A stretch of 62,019 nt of DNA, the filler included, from Thelocarpon superellum (taxonomy: Eukaryota): the NCBI GenBank assembly GCA_026025795.1. It is 8 parts of 8 records of this genome, joined end to end, with 100 filler letters (N's around TTAATTAATTAA, not from the genome) between each part and the next. Parts side by side here need not be neighbours in the genome. Positions count along the whole stretch, not along the records: positions 46,648 to 54,299 come from JAPEUG010000628.1; positions 54,400 to 62,019 come from JAPEUG010000629.1; 6 more parts are not named here. One strand, 5' to 3'. The translations under genes were made by a program, and so were the position numbers. Under the pieces are notes generated by a model. The model worked only from the letters and a program-made list of their open reading frames with translations, did not search any database and was not told the origin of the DNA. Below, piece by piece: positions 46,733 to 60,011 of this stretch. The first letter of the stretch is position 1. Each line of letters opens with the position of its first letter.

Positions 46733-47970
46733 TTAATTCCGATCTAACCTCCGTCGCAGATTGCGCGTGCGGCGCATCAATTTCTTGTATTTATGTTTCT
46801 TCATCTTCAGCCGGCGTTGGCGCTTGACGCTGATGGCGTAGAGGCCGTGGTTGTAGTGCTGCTGGTCCAAGTATTCTTCCCATCGTTCTTGACGTCGACG
46901 CATCCTCTCGAGGAATCGCGCCGGAGGTGCGCTGGCAGATGGCTTATTGTATTCTCCTTCTCCCTCCTCCACGACGGAGATGCTGTCGTCGCGTTCGGTC
47001 ACAATGGGCGACGTACGCGCCGTGTACGTTTTCGACCCATTGGGATGCGTCGACTCCAGGATCGTTAGGATCGTCGAATAGGACTTCTTAAGCGTGGCGG
47101 AGGGGAGGGCGTCGTCGGCAGCGCTCGACTTGTTCGCATCGGTCGGAATGGGCGCCGGCGGGGGAGTGAAGGGTTGGAATTTGCCTGAGAGCAGGTGGCT
47201 AGGGAATTGAAGAGGCGACGTCTGAGGAGCGCCGTCGAGATGACGTGTCCCTTTGGATGCGTTGGCGTCATTTGATATAGAAACCGAAGTAACAGCAGCG
47301 CGGAGCTCGGTGTCTGCATTGTCATCGTACGGCTCCGTGGCCGGTTGGCTGGCTGCTTCCAATGTCTCCACGGTCGACGAGAGTGTCGAGATGACTTCGG
47401 AAGGGTTGTGATCCTTGCTTCGGTGCGCGAAGATGCCGTCAAAGGAGTGCGAGTCGGTCGCGGTCGTTGGGACCGACGACGTCACCGAGATGGGACGGTG
47501 GAGGGAGAAGAAGGCCGACACGGAAATATCTGCACGGTGATGTCAGTCCATGGCTCCCCTACAAGAGGTCTCGTGGCCGACGAACCAGCTGGATGCAAAT
47601 GATGAGTACTGGGGACGCTAGGCAGATTCATCGATGCCTCATCCTTCCGTCGTACACGCCCTTCGCCCGCGGCGTCTCTTGTTCGCCGCCGGCTCAGGCG
47701 GGTTGTCGGCCGTTTGTCGCCGCCGATCTTCTCGGTCGACGGCGAGGTGGCGGGTGTCTGCTGCGCTTGAGCCAAGGGACGTGCGCCATGGGGGGGGCTC
47801 GATGGTTTGGAGGAGGAATGTCGACGATGATGGGTCCGGTAGGAGCATGGATGATGTGAGGCTACTGCGATTGATGCCGTCAAGCACCGAGCTGACGCAG
47901 ATGAAGTCGAGCACAGCAGAATGGTATGACCAGTCCGGCCAACCAGACCAAGAGATGAATGAGGAAACAT
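46733..47970 (-). CDS. COX24: Mitochondrial small-subunit ribosomal protein mS38 (Cox24/DUF1713)
   Basis: Ser/Arg-rich presequence-like N-terminus, NLPSVPSTHHL|..SAFFSLHRPISV, C-terminal ISVKRQRRLKMKKHKYKKLMRRTRNLRRRL. One intron about 47586-47530. Confidence 0.88.
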
Positions 47971-48876
47971 CAGGCCGATGAAGGACAGCACGTCGGTCGC
48001 GAAGCACCTACAACGCCCACGGGGTGGCCGTTCTTGAGGCACGAATCCTGCTAAGGCTTGCTGATGCTGGATCGACCATGATGAGGCGAGGTCACGACCT
48101 ACGCTCCGCAATCACGTGAGGATCCGGTACGACCGTCTCGACAGGGCCCCCCGGCCGACCCATGGTACTTCACCACCAATCCGAAGGACACGTTCGCAGC
48201 ATAGATAATTCCTCCTACGGACTAGGTGCATCGTCACAAGATGGCATGTGTTCATTCATCTTTAACATTCTTCCCGCATTAGTTGTCGTGTGTAGAACAC
48301 CTACTTGCATTCTCCGCATTCGTGAATCGAGAGTGAGAGAGGGGGCACAAAGGCACAAAGGAACGAAGTAGCACGACCAAATGACCAACCCAAATCGCAC
48401 GCCAGATGCAGAATCCGCTTGCATGCGCCCAGCGCTCTTTGAGCGAAACAGGTCGGACATCGTAACCCCACCACCACGCCCGCCACCCCGAACTGCTGGT
48501 GGACGCCCAAATTTCGAGTAGACACAAGACGGGGCAACGTGAAGGAGCATCTTCAAAGACCGTGGTGCGATCCGACGAAGACGTGGACGTAGGAGCCGCG
48601 GCGCGGCAGCAGCAGCAGCAGGAACAGAAGCAGATCCGGTGGGCTGGAAACATGCCACCCACACCCCCCGCCCCACACCCCCCCCTCTTTGCTTTTTCCA
48701 CCCCAGTAGGGAATCCTCCTGCTGCTTATTTCTTCCCATCCCCGCGGGGCGGACGAGATCGATGGCTGTGAGCCGGTCGTCCCTTCTTGTTCGCATTCAA
48801 CGGCGGCTCGGGGTGACCACCCACAACGCTGGGAGGCGGTCAGGACCTTTGGGCTGACGCTCGCTGCAACCATCAC

Positions 48877-50256
48877 CTACAGGATGAGCTGGTGGAGGTT
48901 CCTCTGGATGATCATGTCCCGCACGCTGCTCATCGTAATCTTGAGCAGGTTGGTGTCGGTGGCATTAGTGAAGTGCGTGTAAATTTCTTTGGACGGATTT
49001 CGGTTGAGTCCCCGGAATTTGTCCTCGAAGAACTTACAGGCCACCTTCAAGTCGCTGGAGTCGCCAACGTAATCAGGGAAGTATTTGGGGATCGGACTGG
49101 CCTCGAGCTTCTCGCGGAAGATATCCATCTTGTTGAGGAAGAGGATCAATGCTGACTTCCGGAACCATTGGGAGTTTGCGATCGATTCGAAGAGCATGAG
49201 CGCCTCTTGCATTTGATTCTGTCCGCGCCAGCGGAGAAGTCAGTCATCGTACCACCGATCGGGAGCGACCACGACCCTTACCGCATCCTTGTCTTCCACG
49301 AGGCACTGATCGTATCCGCTGATGGCGACTAGGAAGAGGAGACAGTGCACATTCTCAAAGCAATGAATCCACTTTTTCCGCTCCGACCGCTGCCCACCCA
49401 CGTCAAACATGCGATATGTCAATTGCCCCAGCTCGAAGATGGTTTCCGTGATGCCCGTGGTCCGGAGCCGTGAGCGGAGCACGTCTTGGTCGTTGGGGAT
49501 GTAGTCCTTGGCAAAGATCCGGTCCAGGTCCGTGAAAAAGCTACCCCACACGTCAGTCCGTCCGCGTCCGTCCGGACAACCTCGCCGAGCGTGGGGGGAG
49601 AAGGGAAGGGAAGTGGGCAGGGGATGGGCAGTGAGCCACAAGAGAAACATACTACACGAGATTGTCGTGCAACGCATACTCATTGCCTTTGACGATCGCT
49701 TTTTGGATTCCGGAATCCTTCCAGAGGCTTTTGAAAGCGGGGAGGTACTCGACGGGCAGAGTCTCATTGGGACCAATGTCGCGTTCCAAATTGATCAACG
49801 GCACCCATTTCTGTGGCGCGCCCGGGTCAGGGCGGGTTGGGACGCCGACGGGACGGTGGCCTACCTCGTTCTCCTCATCGCCCATCTCGATCCCAAAGTC
49901 GCCCATGGCCTCCAAGATGACCTTGTATGCATTGTTGATGTTAGAGAAGACAATTGCACGCCAATCCTCCCGTTCGGCCTTGGTAAATCCGTGGGCGTAG
50001 ATGAGCTTCATCTGCTTGAGCACGGTGGACTTGCCACTCTCGCCCGCACCTGCCATCGACCCCCATCGTCAGCCAGTAGGCCCTGAAGGGAGGGGGACCG
50101 CCCCGCGGGCCGGGACGGCGGCGTATGCGTACCTAGTAACAGCAATTTGATCTCGGTGCTCTTCTTCTTTTCGTCCCGACGGATCATGTTGTCAATTTCC
50201 CGCGTCCGGGCCAGCTCCCGCTTCTGTTCATCGTCGCTCGTGTTACCGAAGCACAT
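48877..50256 (-). CDS. Heterotrimeric G-protein alpha subunit, fungal group II (GNA-2/GanA type)
   Basis: MCFG start without Gly2, [44 protein letters not shown]. Four introns. Alternative in-frame ATG at 50265. Confidence 0.93.
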
Positions 50257-53248
50257 CTTGAGCATGACGTCGGTGGCGGTCGCGCGCCAGGTGGGTGTGA
50301 CAAGTGAGGCTCGACTGGAAGGGGATCAATAATTCACGACCACGCCGACTTCGAGCGCACGCCGCGCCGACCAGGAGAGCAAAGAGATGGGGGCGGACGA
50401 GGATGGTCGCTCGGGCAATGGCGTTGGGTGCTGGTCGCGGCAAGAGCGACGGGCGGTGCGGCCGCAAGAGCAAGCGAGCAGTCCAGATTGCACCACCTCG
50501 AGGACAGAGCACCGTTAGCCCTCACCCTCCTTCTGTCGCTCTCGCGCACTCGACGTCGTCGTCGTCGGTGGCGGCGATCGGACGTTGAACGATCGACCGG
50601 CCTTGATCCCGGAACCCGGTCAGGCTGCGACGGTGATGAAGTCTGCGACGGCGGGTAACGGTGGTGGAACGTGCGTTGGGATGATCGAGCGTTGTGACGA
50701 GCGGGAGGATGGCACGGGGTGACAATATGGACGCGAGCGACGGTAGTCGGACCCCAATGCGGCGTCGGATATCCGGTCAGCGTACGAAAACTCGGGGCGC
50801 TTGAGAGCCCTGGCGACGAGGCCAAGAGGGTGAGACAATGTCGAGGCTGAAGAGTCAACAGGTTGGTGCACTGAGTGCAGTGGCAAGTGGAGATGGTAGC
50901 GTTTGTAGGTCGACGGCAGGCTCATGAAGTCTCGGTGTACTTCGTACCGCCGCGTCATTCCGGTCGTCGAGACCTCAAGACGTCAAGTTTTGGGGACCCT
51001 TCACCTCCTTCGGCAGGGTGCGGGTGAGGTAGGGTCGGGGCGGTGGCCGCAAAACGATCCAGTTTAGATGTCACTGCCACTAAGTAACTACTAGACCAGC
51101 CGCTGGTGAGCTGGCGAGATGGCGAATTGGCGCGCGATGCCAAGGGGCGATTGCCTTGGACGGAGGGTCCGCGGCGGGGGCCATGGGAACGGGGACCGCA
51201 GCTTCACTGACTTGCACCCTGCCTCGCTCGTATGGACCATGTCACTCTCCGCAGCTATGCTGCAGTGGCGCATGCGCCTAACGAGTCTTCCCACACTCCC
51301 GCTCAGAGCTAAACATCCTTTTACGAGGTCCACGGCCAGAGAACGCTCGACGACCGGCCGAGCGACCTGCCCTCGGCTTTCTATCCATGTTCCCCGCCCG
51401 GACTCTGGAGACGATGCTACCGCCGCCGCTGGGATCTAGCTGGCCGGGCCTCGCTTTCGCCCCTGGCCTTGCGCCGTGGCAAAATCCCCCGGTCGCGATC
51501 CGCAAGGTCGTGAAGCCATCCGACCACAGGCCCAAACTCTACCCTGCGCCAGAGCGCGAAGAGGGACAGTCGGCGGCCCACCCCCGGGAGCAAGGTGCGC
51601 GCACGCCACAGCTGGACCGACGCTAACATCGGGCTGCCTTACTTGTGTACTTCGTACTAATGGAGGGCCGAATACATCGGCATCCATCTGCCCTGGACCT
51701 AGCCTGCTGAGTGGTAGTGCCTCATCCACAATCACGCGTCCGCCTCGTCACCCCGCTGTCATCGGCAGCGATCGTGGTCGTCGGCATCCATCGATCCTGG
51801 CCGCCCCCATGCGTCCATGATGGTTCACGCCGATGCACGGTCCCGCGGCCAATCGATCAGTCCCTACGTCAGTCGTACCCGGAGGACAGGCATACTATGC
51901 TAGTATGCTTGTCCACCAGGTTAGGCCAGTAGCTCCTCCCAGCCCACGTCCCCTCTGTTGGCCCTCGCCAGTCCAACGGTAGGTCATAGTGCACAATGCA
52001 CGTAGTATGAGGACATACGAGTAATAACGACGGCTCACTCAGAACGTGGCAGACGCGTATGGTCGGTGGGGGAGCGACGGCCGCTTCCATTGGTTCAAGA
52101 ACCGAGGGCTCTCGATGTGCATCCCCAAGGAAGTGCCGCGTGATCGGTCTGACAGACCAGCGGCACGGACGACGTATTCCCCGGCAGTCGCTCAGAATGG
52201 GGAGCAGGAGTCGCCATTTACCCTTGAACCTATTCAACCCCACGTTTGCGTTTATGTGGTACATAGGAGTCGCGTCACCGCCCTTGGAATGATGCAGCCG
52301 CTCGAATATTCGGCCGGCCGGCCGGCTCGCGATACGCAGCTCCTTTGAGTGGTGGAAGCAGGACGAGATATTCGTGAAGGCCGTCGTCAGGATGTGGCCA
52401 GCCCGCTGGCCAGCCCGGGCCCATGAACGACCCCACCCCAATCCACAAAACGCCACGGCTCATGTGAAGATGCTCGTAAATTTGAAGATAAGCATTCTCG
52501 ACGTCGCAGCGTGCGATGACCACCGCCAAGCCATCTGCAGCCATGCCGCTAGCCACTGCCTGGCGGCGACTGACTCTCACACCCTGGGCTCGCCGACACT
52601 AATCGTATGCTAAGCATGGTACAAGTACGGTACGAATACAAGTACGGTTTCTGCGCGGAAGGTATCGGTGGTACCGCTGTTGAAGCGGCACGGCAAACCA
52701 TGGGCAGCGCCCCAGTGACGGCCATGGGGGCCCTGCTCAGACCAGCACTCCGCTCATTTCATGGTGCATACGCCTCTCTATGCTTGAGTCATGCTCGTAG
52801 ACCCCGATCTGACAGGATCGACGTCTCGAAGGGGCGACAATTCCCAGGGTGCAATTTGACGTGACGAGTGGTAATCATCGCGTAGGAGGCAAGCTGGTAC
52901 TCGCCGTCAGGATAGGTTTGGCCAATGATAAAGCGCGAATGGAATGGCCATCAAACTCTAATGAAATCCCGGAAGCCATGTGCATCTCCAATTTGGCGTG
53001 CAGAAATAATCTTCCTAGATCAAGATTGAAACCAACAATCCCGCACCAATTCACGCCGCCACTGCCGATCTTCTGTTCTCCGACTAGGCCCCAGTGTGCT
53101 GCAGCCTCCGTGTTCGCGGCTGTCCCTGACCAAGGACGACTTCGAGGGCTGCGCGATTCGGAGTACTCGTGGTATCGATCCTGGCCCCAAAGGTCGCCGA
53201 CGCTGTCAGACGACTTATCAACGCGCATCGGCTGACAGGAACCAAGGC

Positions 53249-54299
<1,051 letters not shown>

Positions 54300-54399
54300 N
54301 NNNNNNNNNNNNNNNNNNNNNNNNNNNNNNNNNNNNNNNNNNNTTAATTAATTAANNNNNNNNNNNNNNNNNNNNNNNNNNNNNNNNNNNNNNNNNNNN
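54300..54399. other. Artificial contig spacer
   Basis: N44-TTAATTAATTAA-N44. Confidence 0.99.
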
Positions 54400-56357
54400 T
54401 CTTTTGCCATGCAAATTCCTGTCACATCCTTAGTCAGACGGGGTCCATCGTTCGGGCCGGCGCAAGGCGCTTCGACGCGAAAGCAAGACGATAGATGACC
54501 TACCAATTTCTTCGTTTCGCCTGCCTCGATGATGACATTGACGACGACGGGTACGGTGGCATTGTAGCCTCGTACCGTAGCGTCTTCCAACTCCTGCGGC
54601 GTGCGAGCCACGATGCCCACTCCCCCGCACATCTCCGCAAGCTTTTCGTAGCCCACCTCCCATCCGAGGCTGGTGCTTCGGAGACCGCCCGTGGCACTGC
54701 CGTCTATGCTGGCGCGTTGGAGCACTGACCAGTCCTGTGCCGATCTCGAATCCCCGTGGTAGACACCTCCGTTGTTGATGACAAAGATAAGCACGTCCAT
54801 GCCATATCGAGCCATCGTCTCCACCTCCATGGCGGAGAAGCCAAATGCACTATCACCTTCCAGCGCCACGATCTTTTTGGGCCGTGCCACGCCGCTCGAC
54901 GCCTCGACCGCGTCGCTGTTGTACGCCACGTGCGCAGCGATAGCATAACCCAGACCGACGCCCATCGTAGCCTGGGTGCCGGCGTCGAGACGCAGACGGG
55001 GATACTCGACGGGGAAAACTGACCGTGAGATGTCCATCGTATTGGCGCCCTCCGAGACGTAGACGACTCCGCCCTCCTCGGCAGGGGACAGCCGGTGGAG
55101 AGTGGATCGAATGACGTCAAAGGTGCGCGCGTACGTCATGGGGACTTTGTCCACTCTAGCCCGCTTCATGGCCGCTGCTTCGTTCTTGGCTTTGGCCGTC
55201 TCAAGATGTGAGACGTAGCTGGAGATTGATGGGTTGAATCGCCACCCATCCAGCGCTCGGTGTAGCTGACGAGTGACTACGGCCACGTCACCGACCAGGC
55301 CAAGCGCTGGATCGCCTCTATTCCGGCCAATCTCCTCGGCCGAGATATCCACTTGAACGAAACGAGCCGATGGATTCCACTTGGGGGACTCTCCAAAATG
55401 GAGGATCCAGTTTAGTCGGGCACTGAGGATGAGCACGACGTCCGCTTGTGCGAGTGCCGCAGAACGGGCAGAAGCCGTGTTGAGCGGGTGTGAGTCTGGA
55501 AGCACACCCTTTCCCATGGGAGTAGGCAGGAAGGGAAGCGCAGCGCTGCGAGATCAGCCTTGGGCACGTGTGCCATGTCTTCACGGATGTGGGCTCACCT
55601 TTCTACAAGGTCCCGGATCGCAGCCTCTGCTTGAGCGTGTGCTGCACCTTTCCCGACCACCACGAGAGGAGCTTTTGCAGACATGATCAAGCGAACCACA
55701 TCCAAGATCTTCTCGTCTGGTGCCCCCGCCGTGGGCGGCGTGGCCACGCGAGTCATGACTTGAGGCGATTCATCTTCAGCCTCGGATGATTGGATCAGGT
55801 CCGCGGGGAGGTCGACGAAAGTACAGCCCGGTCTGCCGTAGAACGAGCATCGGTACGCACTCTCAAGCATCGCAGGGATTGAGTCGAGGGAGGGCGGGCG
55901 GATGGCGAGCTTGGTATGTGGCGTGAGAAGAGAAATGGCATCAAGTTCCTGGAAAGCGCCCTTGCTAAGGAGATGCGTCTCACTGGAGCCGGCAAGGAGT
56001 AGTAAGGGGAAGGCGTTGGAGTCGGAATTGCCAATCTATGTCCCTCCGTCAGCATTCAGAGTCATCGGGCTTTGGGGGAGACGCGGCAAATACCCCGGCC
56101 ATAGCATGTAGGACTCCCGGTCCACCCACGACCAGGCAGACGCCTGGCCGTCCTGTCAAGTATCCGTATGCTGACGCAGCGTAGCTCGCGGCCTGTTCAT
56201 TGCGAAAGGCAATGAATCGGATGCCCTTGTTGATGGCCTCCTCGGCAATCTCGACCACGGGAATGCCGACCAGCCCAAAGATGACCTTGACGTCCAGATC
56301 GCGGAGCGCCTGGGCAATGATCTTGGCACCGCTCCTTGGTCCGGTCGATACGGACAT
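54400..56357 (-). CDS. 2-hydroxyacyl-CoA lyase (HACL1/Pxp1-like, TPP-dependent); extreme C-terminus cut off
   Basis: [65 protein letters not shown] motif [13 protein letters not shown]. Three introns. Confidence 0.93.
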
Positions 56358-56644
56358 ATCGGTGGAGGCGGAGCAGAAACCTGTCCCTCTTGCCGCATGT
56401 GAGGCAATGCGTCCCCGCGGACTTTGTGCATCACAATCGATAGTGGTGGTACTATCGACCACCGTACTCATGACGTAACAAATACGGTGAACCAAAAAGG
56501 GGAAAGACGCATTCTAGCGTTGACGAGTGGAGGTTTGCATAATGATACATCGAGTACGGCGCACACCTCCCACATTCGATGATGCCTTCAAGCAGAAAGC
56601 AATTCTGGCCATGTCTTCAGGTGACACTGCGCGGGTACCCGTCG

Positions 56645-57738
56645 TCAAAATCCTTGGACGCATCCACACATATCCTTCCACGTGATGCTGCCTAAGCCGT
56701 GCGGAATCCGCGCCTCTTCCGCCGTCCAGGAAGCCAGCAGAGCCTCGAATATCCATGCCATGGCCGTCTTCACCCAATGTTTCTTACGGCCCCAAATGGC
56801 ACCTTCAACCACTGTCGCCACCCCGTTCAAGACAAAGAAGAGGCCGATCCTCACAAGGCTCTGTGGCGGAAGAATGGGTTGGAGAGCATAGACATGGAAG
56901 ACAGCCATCAGGCCAAAAGCGCCGAGGATGCCCACACTCCTCGCCGCGGGCAGTGGAAAGCCGAGGGCGCCCAACCATTTTCGCAAGGGCGTGTAGGCGA
57001 GGCTTTCGCACGGCGAGGCAAAGGCATTGTGCCACGTCTCGCTCCAGAAGCTACTCAAGCTGTTGGCCATGTATAAGGGCCCAAAGAGTAGCGGCGACGT
57101 CTTGTACCGGAGGACCAGCTGGATGGAGGTCCAAATTATGTAGATGGCCAGCAAGACCTCGAGGGCCAGGACGAAAGCGTAGTCTTGAGGGAGGGCCTGC
57201 AGAACGGCAAAGCCACCCAGGTGGATGGCGAGTTGGCCGGCCTCGGAGAGACCCGCAGCTCCGGGGGGAACGCGAATGGGGTTAGGGGTGAAGGACTCGT
57301 AGCGGAGCTCGGTCAAGACTATCCAACTCAAGAGCCAGCCTGACGGTGGAGTCTCCGACGCGGTATATCGTGGCGGAGCACGTCGTCTTGCGACGAGATC
57401 CAAGAGCTTCATGGAGCCGATGGCGACTAGGCGGACCGGGCTGGGTCAGTGGAGCGCCAAGGCGTGCGTCAGGACCGCGTACTTGCGAAGTTCTGCAGAC
57501 ACCGCAAAGGGCCGCAATGGACTGGTGTGAGCCATGGACATGCCCAAAAGAATGCGATGGACGCAACGGTCAGGCCAAGAAAGGTCTTCTGGTGCCCTTT
57601 GACGTAGAGGGCATAAATCGCCGCGTACAACAAGAGGGTGGGTATCAGAAGTACGGCCATGGCCGGGGGAAGCTCGACGACCACCTGGTCGAGGGCGGAC
57701 GACAAGGGTGACATGGTCTTGGGACCGGTGGCGTTCAT
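56645..57738 (-). CDS. Membrane-bound O-acyltransferase (MBOAT_2/wax-synthase type)
   Basis: Multiple TM segments, MKLLD, LFGPLY..SLSSFWSETWHNAF, AFGLMAVFHVYA, FFVLNG. One intron about 57481-57424. Confidence 0.82.
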
Positions 57739-58779
57739 CTTGGGACTAAGCGCCGACAGCAGCGCTGAGGAAGATGCAACGTCGAGGGCTTAAGGAAACA
57801 TTGCCAGGAGGAGAGGGTTGATGAAGAGAGGACGCATCACCGCGACCCGATCTCCGGGGCCAGGCCGAAAGGTGCAATTAACGGCCAAGCCCGGAGGTAC
57901 GGTACCAGTATTTGTATCGAAGAATGGCGGTAGGGAGGTCGTCCAATCTGGGGGTGAGAGACGTCGTGGCGTGGGGTCTGGGGGCCGTTTGGCTGCCTAC
58001 CCGTGTTTGATTACTCAGGATGATAAGCTTGCGGTCCCGGTAACTCCGGGATTTGTTCCGCCGTGGCGCCGAACTGCGTGACTCCTAACTGCATGACTGA
58101 CCTCAGCAAATAAGCCTCACCGAGAGACTGGCCTGGGGGTCGTAACGAGCGGCGGACTCTACGAGTAGTCTGCGAGTCTGCCGTGAAATAATACCATCAG
58201 TAGTAGTAGAAGACATTTGTTGGGCTTGGAGGCTCTCCACTCCTCACTACTTTGCATAGCTACACCGAGATGAACGGGGATCCTCGAACCATCCACTTTG
58301 AAGACAGCGGGCCGTCTATCGGCTATGCTTGTGTGCTGGTGAGCAGGGTTATCAATCCTAGACCTGGGGGAATGGGCGCAGACGGGTTTCTGTCGGTTGT
58401 CACATAGGGATATTAGAGGTGTTTGATGCACAGCCCTTACAGGTCCAGGTGAATCGGCCCTTGGCCAATCCCATGTTTCGCCCAGGGACGAGGAGAAACT
58501 GGTGGGGGAGGCCGGAGCACGGGGGCCGGCCAGATCACGCGCAAGTCGACGTCCTTCCGATTGGCGAATGGTTCAGCATTTTCGGGCTTCTGGTTACCTG
58601 CCAATCGCAAGGGTTAGCTGCAACCCCGGCGGGCCGTGGAGCAGCTGTACCTATTCCACTGATTCTTCACACGCCTCCGTAACCGGTCGCCGATGTAGAA
58701 TCTCCTCTCCTTCTCCTCAGGGATACTGAGAGCCCTCATCGTCCCATCGTCCAAAGTCCTACCTTGACGTGCCGTCGCC

Positions 58780-59633
58780 ATGTACATCCCGGTCCCATTG
58801 CCCGAGGTGGAGAGCTCCACTCAGACCTGTTGCTATGGATCTCGTCCGACGACCGTGTCGGACGCGTCTCCCCACAGCAAGAAGAGGAAGAGAGACGCCA
58901 ATAGCCATGGGCCAGCTCAAGCTCTGCAGTATCGCAGGTGAAGCATCCCTCCCCCACTCAAAGTCTCCTCGTCTCATCAGAGCCACGCGAACTGACTCTC
59001 AAAAGCTCATCCAGCTTACAACCAAGTAGCAGCTCCCCAGCCGACCCAGTCGACCGAGCAATTCTCCACCCAACACAAAGTTACATCTCCAGCCCTCACA
59101 ATCTCAGCCGTCCAAGTCTATCAACATTGAGCCATCTGAACGGTCGCAAACGAGCCCGACGCGTCAAAACAGCCCACGCACTCACCGTACCGCTGCCGCC
59201 GTCGCCGCCGCCTTCGAAGTCGGTCCCTCTACCCTCCCAGTCGTACTCTCACTCTCAGTCTCACGCCACCCTCACCGACTGCCACATCTGCCACCGTCGC
59301 CCAACGACCAAAAGCCAGCTCTCGTCCTACGCGCCGTGCGAAGCCTGTGCACAGCGAACATGCTACATCTGTCTACGCGAATGCGAAGGCCCTGATTGCG
59401 GGATGCCATTAAGCTCGACCAGCATCGGTACTGGGAGCAGCAGCAACGAGAGGACAGGAGGCGGGGCAGTCAGCACGAGCATGAGCATGCGCACGAGGAA
59501 GCGAATCTGCAGCGGATGTTGCGTCGAGCACGGCTCCGAGGGCATCGTGACGTGTTTGGCGTGTCTGGACCGGATTCGTGACGGGCCGGATGGGGATGGA
59601 GATGAGGATTGGACGGGGGGCAAGTGGACTTGA
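58780..59633 (+). CDS. Hypothetical Cys-rich zinc-finger-like protein
   Basis: Exon 1 with NLS-like SKKRKRD, probable intron from 58938, then CHICHRRP..CEAC..TCYIC.REC..ICSGCCVE.G..G...CLAC. Confidence 0.7.
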
Positions 59634-60011
59634 TGGGAGTTGCCTAGGCTTGGTGATGGGGATGGTGATGAAGGCGACGATGCGGAAATTGCATGGGCGT
59701 ACGGGAGACGGGGAAAGTGGGGGGCGACTGGGGGATGGCGCATGACATGGCAGACGGATGGATGAACAGGTGATATGACACGACCGGTTATCAGAGGCGA
59801 CATGGAGGAAGGACAGGGACAAAGACCAGCACAGGGAGGGAGTGAGTGGTTCCAAGGGGATGCTGCATAGCGTGGCATATCATGATCAGTCTGATTTCAT
59901 CTCAGTTTATCTCCTTAAATCTCATCCACAACCCATATTCATGACATTCGTATCCATGTCCATCTGTACCTATCGGACAGTACTACGTACGACTGTTCTT
60001 CTCCCTCCCCC

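Noticed and set aside
54400..56500. TPP riboswitch in the TPP-dependent lyase gene
   Set aside because: No TPP aptamer consensus recognised in its leader or introns.
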